A stretch of 52,330 bases of DNA from a virus (Duplodnaviria; Caudoviricetes): positions 1-52,330 of IMG/VR virus record IMGVR_UViG_3300007735_000753. The stretch is one strand, 5' to 3'. Below the pieces are notes generated by a model. That model was not told the DNA's origin, did no database searches, and worked only from the letters and a program-made list of their open reading frames with translations. This document shows, piece by piece, positions 25,575 through 34,686 of the stretch. The position numbers and the translations under genes were made by a program. How positions within the stretch are numbered: the stretch's first letter is position 1; each line of letters begins with the position of its first letter.

Positions 25575-25760
25575 CTAACCCCCGAAGACCTTCTCGAACA
25601 CGTCGCGTGTGTCTTCAGTAGGAATAGCAAGCATCCTGCGCCTATCCCTCAAAATCTGGTCCGGGCCTGATTCAATGGGCGGGAGGGGCTTGGGTCTTGG
25701 GGTTGGTACAGGTCGCTTGGGTTGGGTCTGCGGCCTTGGCTTCTTGGGCGTCATGCTCAA
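25575..25760 (-). CDS. Small Pro-rich protein ending in the EDTRDVFEKVF motif
   Basis: Overlaps the upstream stop; shared motif. Confidence 0.65.
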   Translation of the reverse strand: MSMTPKKPRPQTQPKRPVPTPRPKPLPPIESGPDQILRDRRRMLAIPTEDTRDVFEKVFGG

Positions 25761-25993
25761 CCCTCAATCATCGGGGAGCCGACTACGGCCCCCGTTGCCT
25801 GCCGACGCTGCTTCCACTCACCGCACCAATCTTCGCTCTTGGTCCATGGCCACGAGCCCACCCACACATCACGCTTGGAGTCGATGCAGCGTGAGGATGT
25901 CTCTGGGCCTGATACACGGCACTTGGCCCATGTCCTCCCGCCAATATCCGCATTGTCCCGCCCCCAGAAGAAGCAGGTTGAGCAATCTTCCAT
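25757..25993 (-). CDS. Small Cys/Trp-rich protein
   Basis: AGGAG SD; CSTC...C...WPWT...DWCGEW. Confidence 0.7.
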   Translation of the reverse strand: MEDCSTCFFWGRDNADIGGRTWAKCRVSGPETSSRCIDSKRDVWVGSWPWTKSEDWCGEWKQRRQATGAVVGSPMIEG

Positions 25994-26003
25994 TGGTGAT
26001 CTC

Positions 26004-28079
26004 CTAGTGAGCCAGAACCCGCTCGGCTTCGTCCGCATGTTCAAGGGGGGCGAACACATCGTCCCGCATGAAGCGTGCTACCTTTCGATATCCATGTTCA
26101 GCCATGAACAGACTAAGCATCCCCTCAGTCCCGCTGATTTCATCAAGGCCCTTGTTCTCACAGACGATGAGGGGCCGGTTGGATTGAATTGTCTCAGAGG
26201 CGCCATAAAGAGCCGGTGCTTCCATCCCCTCAATATCAAGGTAGATGAGGTCCACGCTCTGGGGACCGAGTTTGTCGATGACCATGACGGGGATATTAGG
26301 CACACCGTTCAGGTCAATTCCAATTGAGCCCGTATTGTCCCGGTCCCGAACAGACAGAGCGATCTTCCCCTCCTCCTGCCCGATGGCTGCGTTATGAATG
26401 ACAACATTATCATGCCTCACATTACGCACGAGGCACTTGAAGTTGGTTGGGTCGGGCTCGAACGTCCAGACTTCGTCGAAGACGAGCGCCATTGCATTAG
26501 CGAAGATCCCCACATGACCGCCCGCCTGGATGGCTGTACGACGCTTCTTGCTTGGAATGGCCTCGATGACCTTCCCAATCTTCCATACTTCGTCAATTAC
26601 CGCAGGGACTGAAACCCGGTCCTCCAAAGGCCTCCAGAGGTTATCGTAATGGACGATATCCCCTTCGACCTCGTGCGGCTTGTTGCGCTCTTCGGCGATC
26701 TTCTGGGACACCCACCCCAACAGACCACCACAATGCACATTGATCTCGCACCCCAAGGACGCGAGTTCATCGCTCAGACCGATAAAGTCCTCAACCTGCC
26801 TGATCATCCAGCTTGCGGCTTTGAATTTTCGCCCCTCGACGTTCACATCGATCTGGGCGTCTTTATCGTTCTCGGGTTGGGCGTAGGAATGGTGTTTATC
26901 CTCTTCAAAGGAAGAGTCCATCCCATAGACGTGGATGTACCTGAACCCTTGTGCATAGGCCCCGCAGAGGGCTTTCATGCCTACCGTGGTGCCTCCTCCA
27001 ATGATGGTCACTGCCCTTCCCTTCGGGACAAACTCATCACACGTCGCTTCGTGCCAGAGAATGACCTTTCCCTCTGCCTTGGCAAAGAGTGAGGGGTGAC
27101 ATTGAGAAGCTAGATAATGAACCCAGTCCCCACCCACAAACCGCTCATTCACGTCACGCGCGTCCACAATCCATTGCGCGTCTACGTGAATATTGTTTTC
27201 AGTGAGATACTGAGCCGCCCCGTTCAGGGCCCATATAGTCTGGCCTGACAGGGAGCGGGCTTTGAGTTCAGGAAGGCTGGCCTTGAGGGAGGGACCTCCC
27301 CCTACAATGCAAACACTCTTCTCATTGGCCGGCAGTTGGATGAGTTCTGGTAAACCCAACGAGAGCGCGTGCTCTACATTGGCCTTGAGAACATCCAACT
27401 CGGTATTGCACCGAACGAGGATCTCGAGAGATCCAACGCCCCCAACCTTCCACACATCTGGAACCCACCCAAAATCTACTTCATGCGGTCTTGGATTCCC
27501 ATGAAACACCACAACCTTCGCACCCTTCGGCGGGTACTTCTGACAGTGAACCTTGTACGAAACAAAGTCTCCGGGAAACAGGTTCTGCCACGTAGCAGGA
27601 TACGTTCGCTTCTCGATCCAGGATTGATCCCCGCCCAGATCGTGGGTGGGATACCCTGCGCTAACGTATTCATTCCATAGGTGGTGCCCAAACCCGGACA
27701 CCCACGACATCACGGAGGATTGCTTGCCCCCGGGTCGGTAGAAGTCCTCAAGCATGATGAACTGTTCACTCGCCCTGACGATATCATCAAGTGGACCGAG
27801 GATCAGTGTGTCCAAGTCGAGGAAGAGGATTCTGTCTCCCTTGGGGAATAGCCCCTCGGAGAATAACCAGAGCTTATTCCACCAGCCCTCGAGACCTTCA
27901 GGAAGCGACCTTGTGACAATCGCCTCGTGATAGCCGAGGTTTGGCTCATCAGTGAAGCAAGCAAACTCGCCTTCGGTTCCTCCCTCAAGATTACGGGAGA
28001 CCATGTCGTGAAGGCGATTGACGTATTCAGCCCCCCGGCCAAGGTAGTTCCCCTTCTGCACGCATACGATGTGAAGCAT
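26004..28079 (-). CDS. Three-domain enzyme: GT-A glycosyltransferase + Maf/DUF115-like domain + FkbM-family methyltransferase
   Basis: GWWNKLWLF and FLDLD (DxD); IVGGGPSL...GMDSS; QAGGHVG...FEPDP...LDIEG. Confidence 0.8.
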   Translation of the reverse strand: MLHIVCVQKGNYLGRGAEYVNRLHDMVSRNLEGGTEGEFACFTDEPNLGYHEAIVTRSLPEGLEGWWNKLWLFSEGLFPKGDRILFLDLDTLILGPLDDIVRASEQFIMLEDFYRPGGKQSSVMSWVSGFGHHLWNEYVSAGYPTHDLGGDQSWIEKRTYPATWQNLFPGDFVSYKVHCQKYPPKGAKVVVFHGNPRPHEVDFGWVPDVWKVGGVGSLEILVRCNTELDVLKANVEHALSLGLPELIQLPANEKSVCIVGGGPSLKASLPELKARSLSGQTIWALNGAAQYLTENNIHVDAQWIVDARDVNERFVGGDWVHYLASQCHPSLFAKAEGKVILWHEATCDEFVPKGRAVTIIGGGTTVGMKALCGAYAQGFRYIHVYGMDSSFEEDKHHSYAQPENDKDAQIDVNVEGRKFKAASWMIRQVEDFIGLSDELASLGCEINVHCGGLLGWVSQKIAEERNKPHEVEGDIVHYDNLWRPLEDRVSVPAVIDEVWKIGKVIEAIPSKKRRTAIQAGGHVGIFANAMALVFDEVWTFEPDPTNFKCLVRNVRHDNVVIHNAAIGQEEGKIALSVRDRDNTGSIGIDLNGVPNIPVMVIDKLGPQSVDLIYLDIEGMEAPALYGASETIQSNRPLIVCENKGLDEISGTEGMLSLFMAEHGYRKVARFMRDDVFAPLEHADEAERVLAH

Positions 28080-28108
28080 TGGAAGTCTCGGTTGGGGGGA
28101 AGGAAGAA

Positions 28109-28133
28109 GGGGTGAGCCTTTGGAGCCCACCCC
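28109..28133 (-). terminator. Hairpin after the capsid/decoration genes
   Basis: GGGGTGGGCT...GGCTCACCCC stem (- strand, with G-U pairs) followed by a pyrimidine run. Confidence 0.5.
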
Positions 28134-28148
28134 GGTAGTTACTTAGCC

Positions 28149-28655
28149 TTACGTGGCGGTCTCAATGGCCGGGCGGTTGATAAGAACCGTGACCGTTGAG
28201 GTAGCCGACGCAACCGTCGTCAGGTTGGCAGAGCGAGCGCCCACGATGCCCTTGCCCGAGGAGGCAGTGGTGTAGACGCGGCCCGCCGTGCCCGAGAGCC
28301 AGAGGCCAGTTGCCGGAGGCACAGACACCGCCGTCTTCTTGATGGAGGCCAGACCCTGGATCTGGTACCAGCCATACTGAGACGCAATGTTCGCCGACAT
28401 GGCAACCGCGAGCGGCGAACCGTCCGTGGTGGCGTTGGTCGGAGACAAGGTGGTCTGGAACGTCGTGGCGTTGTACGTCACGAGAGAGCCCACCACCGTC
28501 GAGGCAACGCCCAGAAGGTAGATGAACTCGCCGCCGCCGCCGCCCGTGTCCGTCTGGCGACCACGAACAATGGTCCCCAGCGGGTGGTTGGCGACAGTAT
28601 CGGTCGTGGCGATAGGCTGCCCGCCGATGTAGTTGTCAGTGATAATCCAAGGCAT
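28149..28655 (-). CDS. Capsid decoration / cement protein
   Basis: Immediately after the major capsid gene; GEFIYL and YGWYQIQG. Confidence 0.7.
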   Translation of the reverse strand: MPWIITDNYIGGQPIATTDTVANHPLGTIVRGRQTDTGGGGGEFIYLLGVASTVVGSLVTYNATTFQTTLSPTNATTDGSPLAVAMSANIASQYGWYQIQGLASIKKTAVSVPPATGLWLSGTAGRVYTTASSGKGIVGARSANLTTVASATSTVTVLINRPAIETAT

Positions 28656-28669
28656 ATGTTGTCCCTCCT

Positions 28670-29635
28670 TTAAGCGACAATGACGCCCTGCAGCGAGCGA
28701 TTGCTGCAGGTGAGGTTGCCGGCCCAGCCGATGAGCTTGACCATGGCGTCCTGGTTGACCGAGAACCGATCCGGGTTCATCGGGACCATGTTGCGGTCAC
28801 GGTGAGGACGGAACTTGATGTAGTTGGTGTTCAGGAAGTACATGTGCGCGCTCGGCGCCGTACCCGAGAAACCACCATCATACACAACGTCCGCACCCAT
28901 GAACTTCAGGGTCTGGAAGCCGGCGGAAGCCATCTTGTCGTCAGTGACGCGCTGAATGGCCTGCAGGGATTTCCAGTAATAACCGAAGTAGGTGTTGTCC
29001 GCGACGATGAGGTCCGGCACATCCCGGTTGCGCGAGATGGACAGGTAGAGCGAGTTCATCGCGTCCTGAATCGTCAAAGCCGAAGCCGCGACGCCATTGG
29101 CGCTGAAGTCGTACACCGCGTTCTGCCAGAACGAGTAGGTCGAGGAGTTGATGCCTCCAACCGTACCCGTACCAGCGTCCGACACCAGAAGCTGCAGACC
29201 ACCGATCTGCTTGCCGCCCGTGCCCGTGCCGTCCGAGTAGACGCCCGTGCTGAGGTTGTTCAGCATCGTCTTTTCGGCGTTCTTGATGCGGGCTTCGAGG
29301 AGGTCGATGACCTTCTCACGGCCCGAGTTCTTCAGGAGTTCAAGACCATTGATCTTGACGGCAACGGCGGCCTGCTTCCACTCGTACTCGGCCGAGGTGA
29401 AGACATCCGAAGAGCCCACGTTCAGGGTTTCGTCGCCGCTGTAGTACATGAACGTGCTGTTTTCAGCGTATTCAAGTTCCTCAACGATGGAGCGACCGCC
29501 AGAGACGGGAGCGATGTTTTCCTTGTCCTGAAGACGGGACAGGAGAGCGATATTCTTGGACATGTTGTCACGCAGTTTTCCGCTGCGATAGCGGAGGGTC
29601 GTGGTGACGATTTCGTCCAAACCAGGACTTGGCAT
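28670..29635 (-). CDS. Major capsid protein
   Basis: 321 aa after the scaffold; EIVTTTL...SGG..I.E.LEYAEN; strong codon bias. Confidence 0.88.
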   Translation of the reverse strand: MPSPGLDEIVTTTLRYRSGKLRDNMSKNIALLSRLQDKENIAPVSGGRSIVEELEYAENSTFMYYSGDETLNVGSSDVFTSAEYEWKQAAVAVKINGLELLKNSGREKVIDLLEARIKNAEKTMLNNLSTGVYSDGTGTGGKQIGGLQLLVSDAGTGTVGGINSSTYSFWQNAVYDFSANGVAASALTIQDAMNSLYLSISRNRDVPDLIVADNTYFGYYWKSLQAIQRVTDDKMASAGFQTLKFMGADVVYDGGFSGTAPSAHMYFLNTNYIKFRPHRDRNMVPMNPDRFSVNQDAMVKLIGWAGNLTCSNRSLQGVIVA

Positions 29636-29663
29636 GGATTGTTACCTCATAAGTTTGTTGGGA

Positions 29664-30746
29664 TCAGAGAAGACCCGCAGAAGCGGCTTCAAGAAGCTGC
29701 CTCGTTGACATCCCCTCGGCTGATTGCTCGCCATACATGCCTGAAGCACCCGTGATGCTTGATGCTGCCATGCGGGCCTCCTCGGCTCTCATCCTCTGGG
29801 TGCGGTTTTCCCGTGCGCGGGACTGCGCCAGAAGTTTCGAGCGTGTGTAAGGATTGGCCCACTTGGCTCTCTCATAAGCCTCGTGGATGTTTGAAGCGCG
29901 TCCTGACTCGATTTCGATGGCCATATCTTCTTCAAGTTCATTGAAGTATGGATAGGCCGGCTTTCCATCTGGTCCGACTTGGCTTGCGAAATTCTCAATA
30001 GCATCGTTCGTTACGGTGAACGCCTGATGATACTGTTGCTGCTGTGCAGCTTGCTGCGCCTGCATCTGGACTTGCGCGGTTTGGTTCAGTTGAGCCTGAA
30101 CGCCGGCGAGTTGCTGACGCAGCACAGCGACTTGCGGATCGACATACTCTTCCTCTTGTGGGTTCACGAGAGAGTTGAGGTCGATGCCTCGCAAATTAGC
30201 GAAATACTTGAGGAACTCCTGGGGGGAGTTCGTGGCATATTCTGACAGGGCAATAAGCTGCTGCATGGCTTGGGCCGGGCCCATTCCATTCAGTGCCCAC
30301 TTCTGGACATGCGGGCTGATGACCCGCTCCATCTCCTGATAGCCCTGTCGGACCTTGGCGATTTCCTGTGTCTTGCGCGTGTAGTCCGCCATCATGTGGC
30401 GGGCGCGGTCGAGATAGGCGTGCTGAAGCTGGGGAGGGAGGTTCTTGAAGAACTCCTGCTCCTGCTGCGGCCAGTTGGCGGGTGGATCAATGGGGCCTAG
30501 TTCGTCTTCCCCTTCGTCCTCACCCTCTTCCTCGTCGCCCTCTTCGCCTTCGTCCTCTTCGGAAGCCTCGAGTTCTTCCTCGTCGCCTTCCGTGTCGGTC
30601 TCTAGTTCGTCCTCGTCAGTCTCGAAATCTTCATCATCTTCCGGGCCGTTGATGTCGGGGGTGAAGTCATCATCATCCCCTGCCATTACATCAACTTCTT
30701 CCGAGGCGTCGTAACTGTCGCGCGGGCCTGCCATTGTAGTCTCCAT
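29664..30746 (-). CDS. Capsid scaffolding protein
   Basis: Very acidic N-terminus, ADYTRKTQE, coiled coil, C-terminal STRQLLEAAS helix. Confidence 0.85.
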   Translation of the reverse strand: METTMAGPRDSYDASEEVDVMAGDDDDFTPDINGPEDDEDFETDEDELETDTEGDEEELEASEEDEGEEGDEEEGEDEGEDELGPIDPPANWPQQEQEFFKNLPPQLQHAYLDRARHMMADYTRKTQEIAKVRQGYQEMERVISPHVQKWALNGMGPAQAMQQLIALSEYATNSPQEFLKYFANLRGIDLNSLVNPQEEEYVDPQVAVLRQQLAGVQAQLNQTAQVQMQAQQAAQQQQYHQAFTVTNDAIENFASQVGPDGKPAYPYFNELEEDMAIEIESGRASNIHEAYERAKWANPYTRSKLLAQSRARENRTQRMRAEEARMAASSITGASGMYGEQSAEGMSTRQLLEAASAGLL

Positions 30747-30801
30747 GTCACGAGGTTTTGGTTACTCGGTTCCACGCCGCGTGTGCGGCACTCAAATCCA
30801 T

Positions 30802-31116
30802 TCAGCCTTTGTAGCGATGCTCTTCCATAGCGCGGCGAATGTCCGCGACCGGATCAGGCGGGGCTTGATACGTCTGCTTGACGCTCTCGTTGCCCACTTC
30901 CACCAGACCGCGCGCCCTGAGATGGTCGCGGTGCTGTTTTCTTCCACCAATGATCGAGCCATCGACCACTGACTTGTAAGGATCAATGTCCTTCATGATT
31001 TGAAGGCCGATCTTGTCCTCACCCTTGCGCTTTCTGTAGTGGTCAAGGCACTGGGTGGGCCAAGGCTCCTGCAGGTCGTGCCATCCGTTGCAAACATCGC
31101 AATGTCTGCTTGCCAT
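30802..31116 (-). CDS. Hypothetical protein with N-terminal CxxC
   Basis: AAGGAG SD; IDPYKSVVDGSII...HLR...VEVGNE. Confidence 0.7.
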   Translation of the reverse strand: MASRHCDVCNGWHDLQEPWPTQCLDHYRKRKGEDKIGLQIMKDIDPYKSVVDGSIIGGRKQHRDHLRARGLVEVGNESVKQTYQAPPDPVADIRRAMEEHRYKG

Positions 31117-31132
31117 TTCAGTCTCCTTCGGA

Positions 31133-31696
31133 TTACGCAGCGAGGAGAAGTATGGCCGTGATGGCTTCTTCCTCTTGCTGCTCAATCTTCCTCGCCTTCT
31201 CCTCGTAGTCCTGGAGAAGTTTGGTCAGTCTCTCGGCTGAGGCTTTGTCCTCCGCCGCTTTCAATTCATATGAAACGCGCACCAGTTGGATGCGCAGTTG
31301 CTCGAGAGGCGCGAGTTCAACCCGTACCGCTTCAGGAAACACCGGCCAGAAATCAAACTTGGGCCTGATAATCTCCGCGACCTTGCGAACGACCTTCTTC
31401 CGCTTCCTGCGGCTTGTCGCCGTGGAGAGGTCTTTAAGAGCCTGTCTAATCGTTCTTCGCAGTTCTCCCCGGTACTTGCCCCGGTACCAATAGGCAGCGC
31501 CCCCTCCACCCGTGGATTGGGTTGGGGCTTCAATAACCGGCTGGCTATGGTCGATGTAGGAGAGCGTTCCAACCAATGAGCCGGAGCCAGACAAGCTCGC
31601 GGACATTGCATTGGGATCTGCCGCCCCTCCCTGGAAATACCTCTCAGGGAAGTATCGTTCCGGAAAGTACCGGTCAGGGAAATGATCCCCCGCCAT
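31133..31696 (-). CDS. Hypothetical protein
   Basis: HFPDRYFPERYFPERYF repeat; EEEAITAILLLAA end. Confidence 0.7.
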   Translation of the reverse strand: MAGDHFPDRYFPERYFPERYFQGGAADPNAMSASLSGSGSLVGTLSYIDHSQPVIEAPTQSTGGGGAAYWYRGKYRGELRRTIRQALKDLSTATSRRKRKKVVRKVAEIIRPKFDFWPVFPEAVRVELAPLEQLRIQLVRVSYELKAAEDKASAERLTKLLQDYEEKARKIEQQEEEAITAILLLAA

Positions 31697-31697
31697 G

Positions 31698-32522
31698 TCA
31701 GTCGCTCAGATCGTAGGTTAGAGCCGTTCTGTTTCCTTCACTCGTCACGGTGGCGACAATTCGATCCTTATCGTCCGCCACGGCGTTTCGAATGGTAATG
31801 GTTGTACTACCCGCCCCAGAGATTTCACCCGCCATGGCCGCTGCCATGAGGCGTAGGGCGTTTCTCACCGTAAGCCCCGTCTCCACATCCTCTTGGTCGA
31901 GGACGTAGGTGGAGAACTCAGCCGCTTCGAGCTGGGTGGGGGGTTCAATAGATGCACTCATATACCCGACCGCGTAACTGGTCAGGGTGAGCGTAGCAGC
32001 TCCTGACAAGGTAGCGGTCATGTAACCCACGGCGGTAGATGTGCCGACCAAATCGCCCGTTCCAGACAGGGCTGCGGAGGCGGCAAGGGCCGCTACCACA
32101 TTCCCCGTAAGCGTTCCGGTTCCTTCCAAAGCCGCAGAGCCGGAAACGACCAATTGGCCTGTACCGGAAAGGGTTCCAGTCCCATCAAGGGTGGCGCTTG
32201 CATTCTTGCCGCCTGCAGCATTGCCGGCCAGAGTGCCCGCGCCTGTCATCAGGTTGTGAACGGACAGCCCACCTGCTTTTGTAGGAAGCCCCCACGCCCC
32301 AGGCGGATAGTAGCCTTGGGGAAGTGCGGCAAACCTCAATGTGGTGGAGGGAGTGGACCTTTCTTGAAGGGAGAATTTTCTCCAGTCCGATTCCCGGTTC
32401 GTGGCAGCCCTTGTCTGAGGGTGGGTGCTTACCCCAACCCCCGATGCAAGAGACGTGGAATTACCAGCAAGCCACTTGTTTGGCGCCTTGTTTAGAACGC
32501 TGTAGTTCCCAATGAGCGCCAC
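31698..32522 (-). CDS. Putative virion protein with [LS]xG[ST]G[ST]L repeats
   Basis: Repeated LxGTGTL; part of the 31.1-35.1 kb block. Confidence 0.7.
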   Translation of the reverse strand: MALIGNYSVLNKAPNKWLAGNSTSLASGVGVSTHPQTRAATNRESDWRKFSLQERSTPSTTLRFAALPQGYYPPGAWGLPTKAGGLSVHNLMTGAGTLAGNAAGGKNASATLDGTGTLSGTGQLVVSGSAALEGTGTLTGNVVAALAASAALSGTGDLVGTSTAVGYMTATLSGAATLTLTSYAVGYMSASIEPPTQLEAAEFSTYVLDQEDVETGLTVRNALRLMAAAMAGEISGAGSTTITIRNAVADDKDRIVATVTSEGNRTALTYDLSD

Positions 32523-32528
32523 GCAAAT

Positions 32529-33695
32529 CTAGCTCCAACCAAAGTCAACGCGCCCGTAAAACGCGGAGTTGGCGGGCGTTGCCGCGCCTGAGTAAATAAG
32601 CCAGTAGAGAGCCGCGCCATCAAACACACGCGGGAAGCTCGGAAGTTGAGACCCAAACTCACGCTCGCCGGCCACACCAAGCGTGGTGAGCGGGATGTCC
32701 AGGATTGGCTTGCATACAGCGACCGAGTACTCACCCGATACATAGCTGGTAGAATTCTGGATCTGGGCGATGGATTGAATTCCAGCATCACCCGCCTGAA
32801 GCGGGATGAACGGCCCGAACTTTCCGGCACCCGTCGCTCCTGAATAGAGGATGTGGCTGTTTGTTGCAGCGGTCTTTCCAATGGGGGGGCTTGGGGATGA
32901 TGGCGTTGCCCTACTGGCTGTTCCCGCCGCATTTGTATAGGACGGCAGTGTAAGGTTCGGCGTACCAGCGCCCAAGGCAGTCGCGTTGCTGTTGAAGAAG
33001 AAAGCCTGAACACCAGCACCGTCCGTATATCGCGGCCAGCGGAGGGTGACCGTGTGAGTACCAGTACCCGCATCGGTAAATGCAATGGCCGTACCCGCAA
33101 TGGCATTGGCATATGTAGTGGCGACCCTTGCCGTGGTCGCTGAAACACGGATGAGCCAGTAGTCGGTGCCCGCTGTAAGACCGGTCGGAAGCGCACCGCC
33201 CGAGTTCGTAAACCTTACCTTCGACAGATTGTTGAAATCGTTGGTGTAGGTCAGGAGAAGCCCTGAAGAGGACGAGGCTGTGAACGTATTGGAATTGATG
33301 GCGCTCTGGGCTGTGGTGGTTGTGACCGCAGTGACCCGGTAAAAGGCAAGGACGTCCACAAGCATCAGCACGCATGGCATGGTGGTCGCTGCCGCCGAGA
33401 ACGCCGCCGCATTCAAAGCCACCTTGAACCCATCACCCGCCGAAGCGACGTTGCCCCCATGCGGCATGGAACCGCCTGAGGTCGTGACATCGAATACCTG
33501 CTGCTGAACCAAGGCCGTACCAGCGTTGAATATGGCATCGGCAGCCGGATTTCCCGAACCCCTCGCAAGGGAGTGCCATTCACCCGCAACGGCGGCAGCG
33601 GTCGGGTTCATCAACTTGTTCCAGTCGGAACGGAAGAACTTCCCGTTCGTCGTGATCTGGTTGATGAGATCGTCTTGAGACGTAAATCCTGCCAA
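32529..33695 (-). CDS. Putative virion protein, paralog of 33700..34551 with an inserted domain
   Basis: RYTDGAGV and GPFIPLQAGDAGIQSI; insert GGALPTGLTAGTDYW. Confidence 0.7.
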   Translation of the reverse strand: MAGFTSQDDLINQITTNGKFFRSDWNKLMNPTAAAVAGEWHSLARGSGNPAADAIFNAGTALVQQQVFDVTTSGGSMPHGGNVASAGDGFKVALNAAAFSAAATTMPCVLMLVDVLAFYRVTAVTTTTAQSAINSNTFTASSSSGLLLTYTNDFNNLSKVRFTNSGGALPTGLTAGTDYWLIRVSATTARVATTYANAIAGTAIAFTDAGTGTHTVTLRWPRYTDGAGVQAFFFNSNATALGAGTPNLTLPSYTNAAGTASRATPSSPSPPIGKTAATNSHILYSGATGAGKFGPFIPLQAGDAGIQSIAQIQNSTSYVSGEYSVAVCKPILDIPLTTLGVAGEREFGSQLPSFPRVFDGAALYWLIYSGAATPANSAFYGRVDFGWS

Positions 33696-33699
33696 GGGG

Positions 33700-34551
33700 C
33701 TAGCTCCAGGCTGTTTCGATCATGCCATTGAATGGGGCGCTCGCCAGCGTTCCCGAGGGGTGGCAGATCATGTTCAAATAAGCATCGTCCTTGATGATCG
33801 GGACGATGTTCTGGTCGATGAGATAATCCACTTCCACCGGCGCCGTGATGTCGTAGATGGAAATGGACGCAATGGGCTTTACCAAAACAAGCGAGATCAG
33901 ACCCACGTCACCCGTGAGGAACTCAACCTGCTGAATTGATCTGACGCCGGAGTCTCCGTCCGCCAGCGGGATGAATGGACCTGCACATCCTGCCGTGGTT
34001 GGGGCGCTCGTGATAATCGTCCCGTTCACCACTTGCGTGTTGCACGTCACCGTCGGAGATACCCTTCCCGATACGCCGGCTGAGTTTGTGTAAGTGACCC
34101 TGAACTGGGCCCCGCCAACCTGCGATGCTACCTCAACCGCCATGATATCAACCCCGACGCCATCCGTGTAACGCGTGAGAGAGTTGGTATTTGTAAGGTC
34201 CTGAGTTCCCACGTCCATCGTGACGAAGGAGTAGTACATCAGGTAGTCAAGGATGTAGATCGGGAGAGGGACTGCCGTTGTTGTCTGCGTCATCGCCATG
34301 AAGCGGCGAAGGTATTTCGTTGATGGGCTCACATTGGGCCCGTGGTCTATCCCGCCATCCGTCGATCTTGCGAGTACAGTGGCTGCGAGAGGTGTGGCGG
34401 CATAATACTGAGGAACCGGGTTTCCCGGCGACATGCTCAGGTCGAACCATATGCCGCTTGCCGTTGTCTGCGTCGGAACCTTGCGCCATGTGCGGATGAG
34501 GTACTGCCCCGCGTCATAGGCATTGACGATCTCGCGGACGTTACTCGCCAT
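33700..34551 (-). CDS. Putative virion protein
   Basis: RYTDGVGV and GPFIPLADGDSGVRSI. Confidence 0.7.
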   Translation of the reverse strand: MASNVREIVNAYDAGQYLIRTWRKVPTQTTASGIWFDLSMSPGNPVPQYYAATPLAATVLARSTDGGIDHGPNVSPSTKYLRRFMAMTQTTTAVPLPIYILDYLMYYSFVTMDVGTQDLTNTNSLTRYTDGVGVDIMAVEVASQVGGAQFRVTYTNSAGVSGRVSPTVTCNTQVVNGTIITSAPTTAGCAGPFIPLADGDSGVRSIQQVEFLTGDVGLISLVLVKPIASISIYDITAPVEVDYLIDQNIVPIIKDDAYLNMICHPSGTLASAPFNGMIETAWS

Positions 34552-34684
34552 CCGCCTGAGCCCCTTCCTCGTCCTCGTTCACGATTTCATGTGGAACGCG
34601 ACATGCGCATGCACGATAGTCTTGACCCTCTTCAACCCGCGTCACCAATCCGCATTGAGTGCAGGTGTAACGGAGGATGGCCAT
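34541..34684 (-). CDS. Small zinc-ribbon protein (47 aa)
   Basis: MAILRYTCTQCG...CACR; fills the gap between neighbours. Confidence 0.5.
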   Translation of the reverse strand: MAILRYTCTQCGLVTRVEEGQDYRACACRVPHEIVNEDEEGAQADGE

Positions 34685-34686
34685 TA

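Noticed and set aside
16020-25615. The five DNRD/DTRD DNA segments as a dispersed DNA repeat or CRISPR-like array
   Set aside because: Copies are irregularly spaced, always in frame, and differ largely at synonymous or conservative positions, so the signal is a peptide
16076-25760. C-terminal Gly-Gly ends (RAFGG, KPPGG, KVFGG) as ubiquitin-like conjugation tags
   Set aside because: In two cases the GG codons double as the SD of the next gene (GGAGGT/GGGGGT), and no E1-like or ligase enzyme is encoded
28802-29755. Long + strand ORFs opposite the capsid gene (also 35413..36330 opposite the portal)
   Set aside because: Shadow ORFs caused by GC-rich codon bias of the real - strand genes; no SD or recognisable motifs
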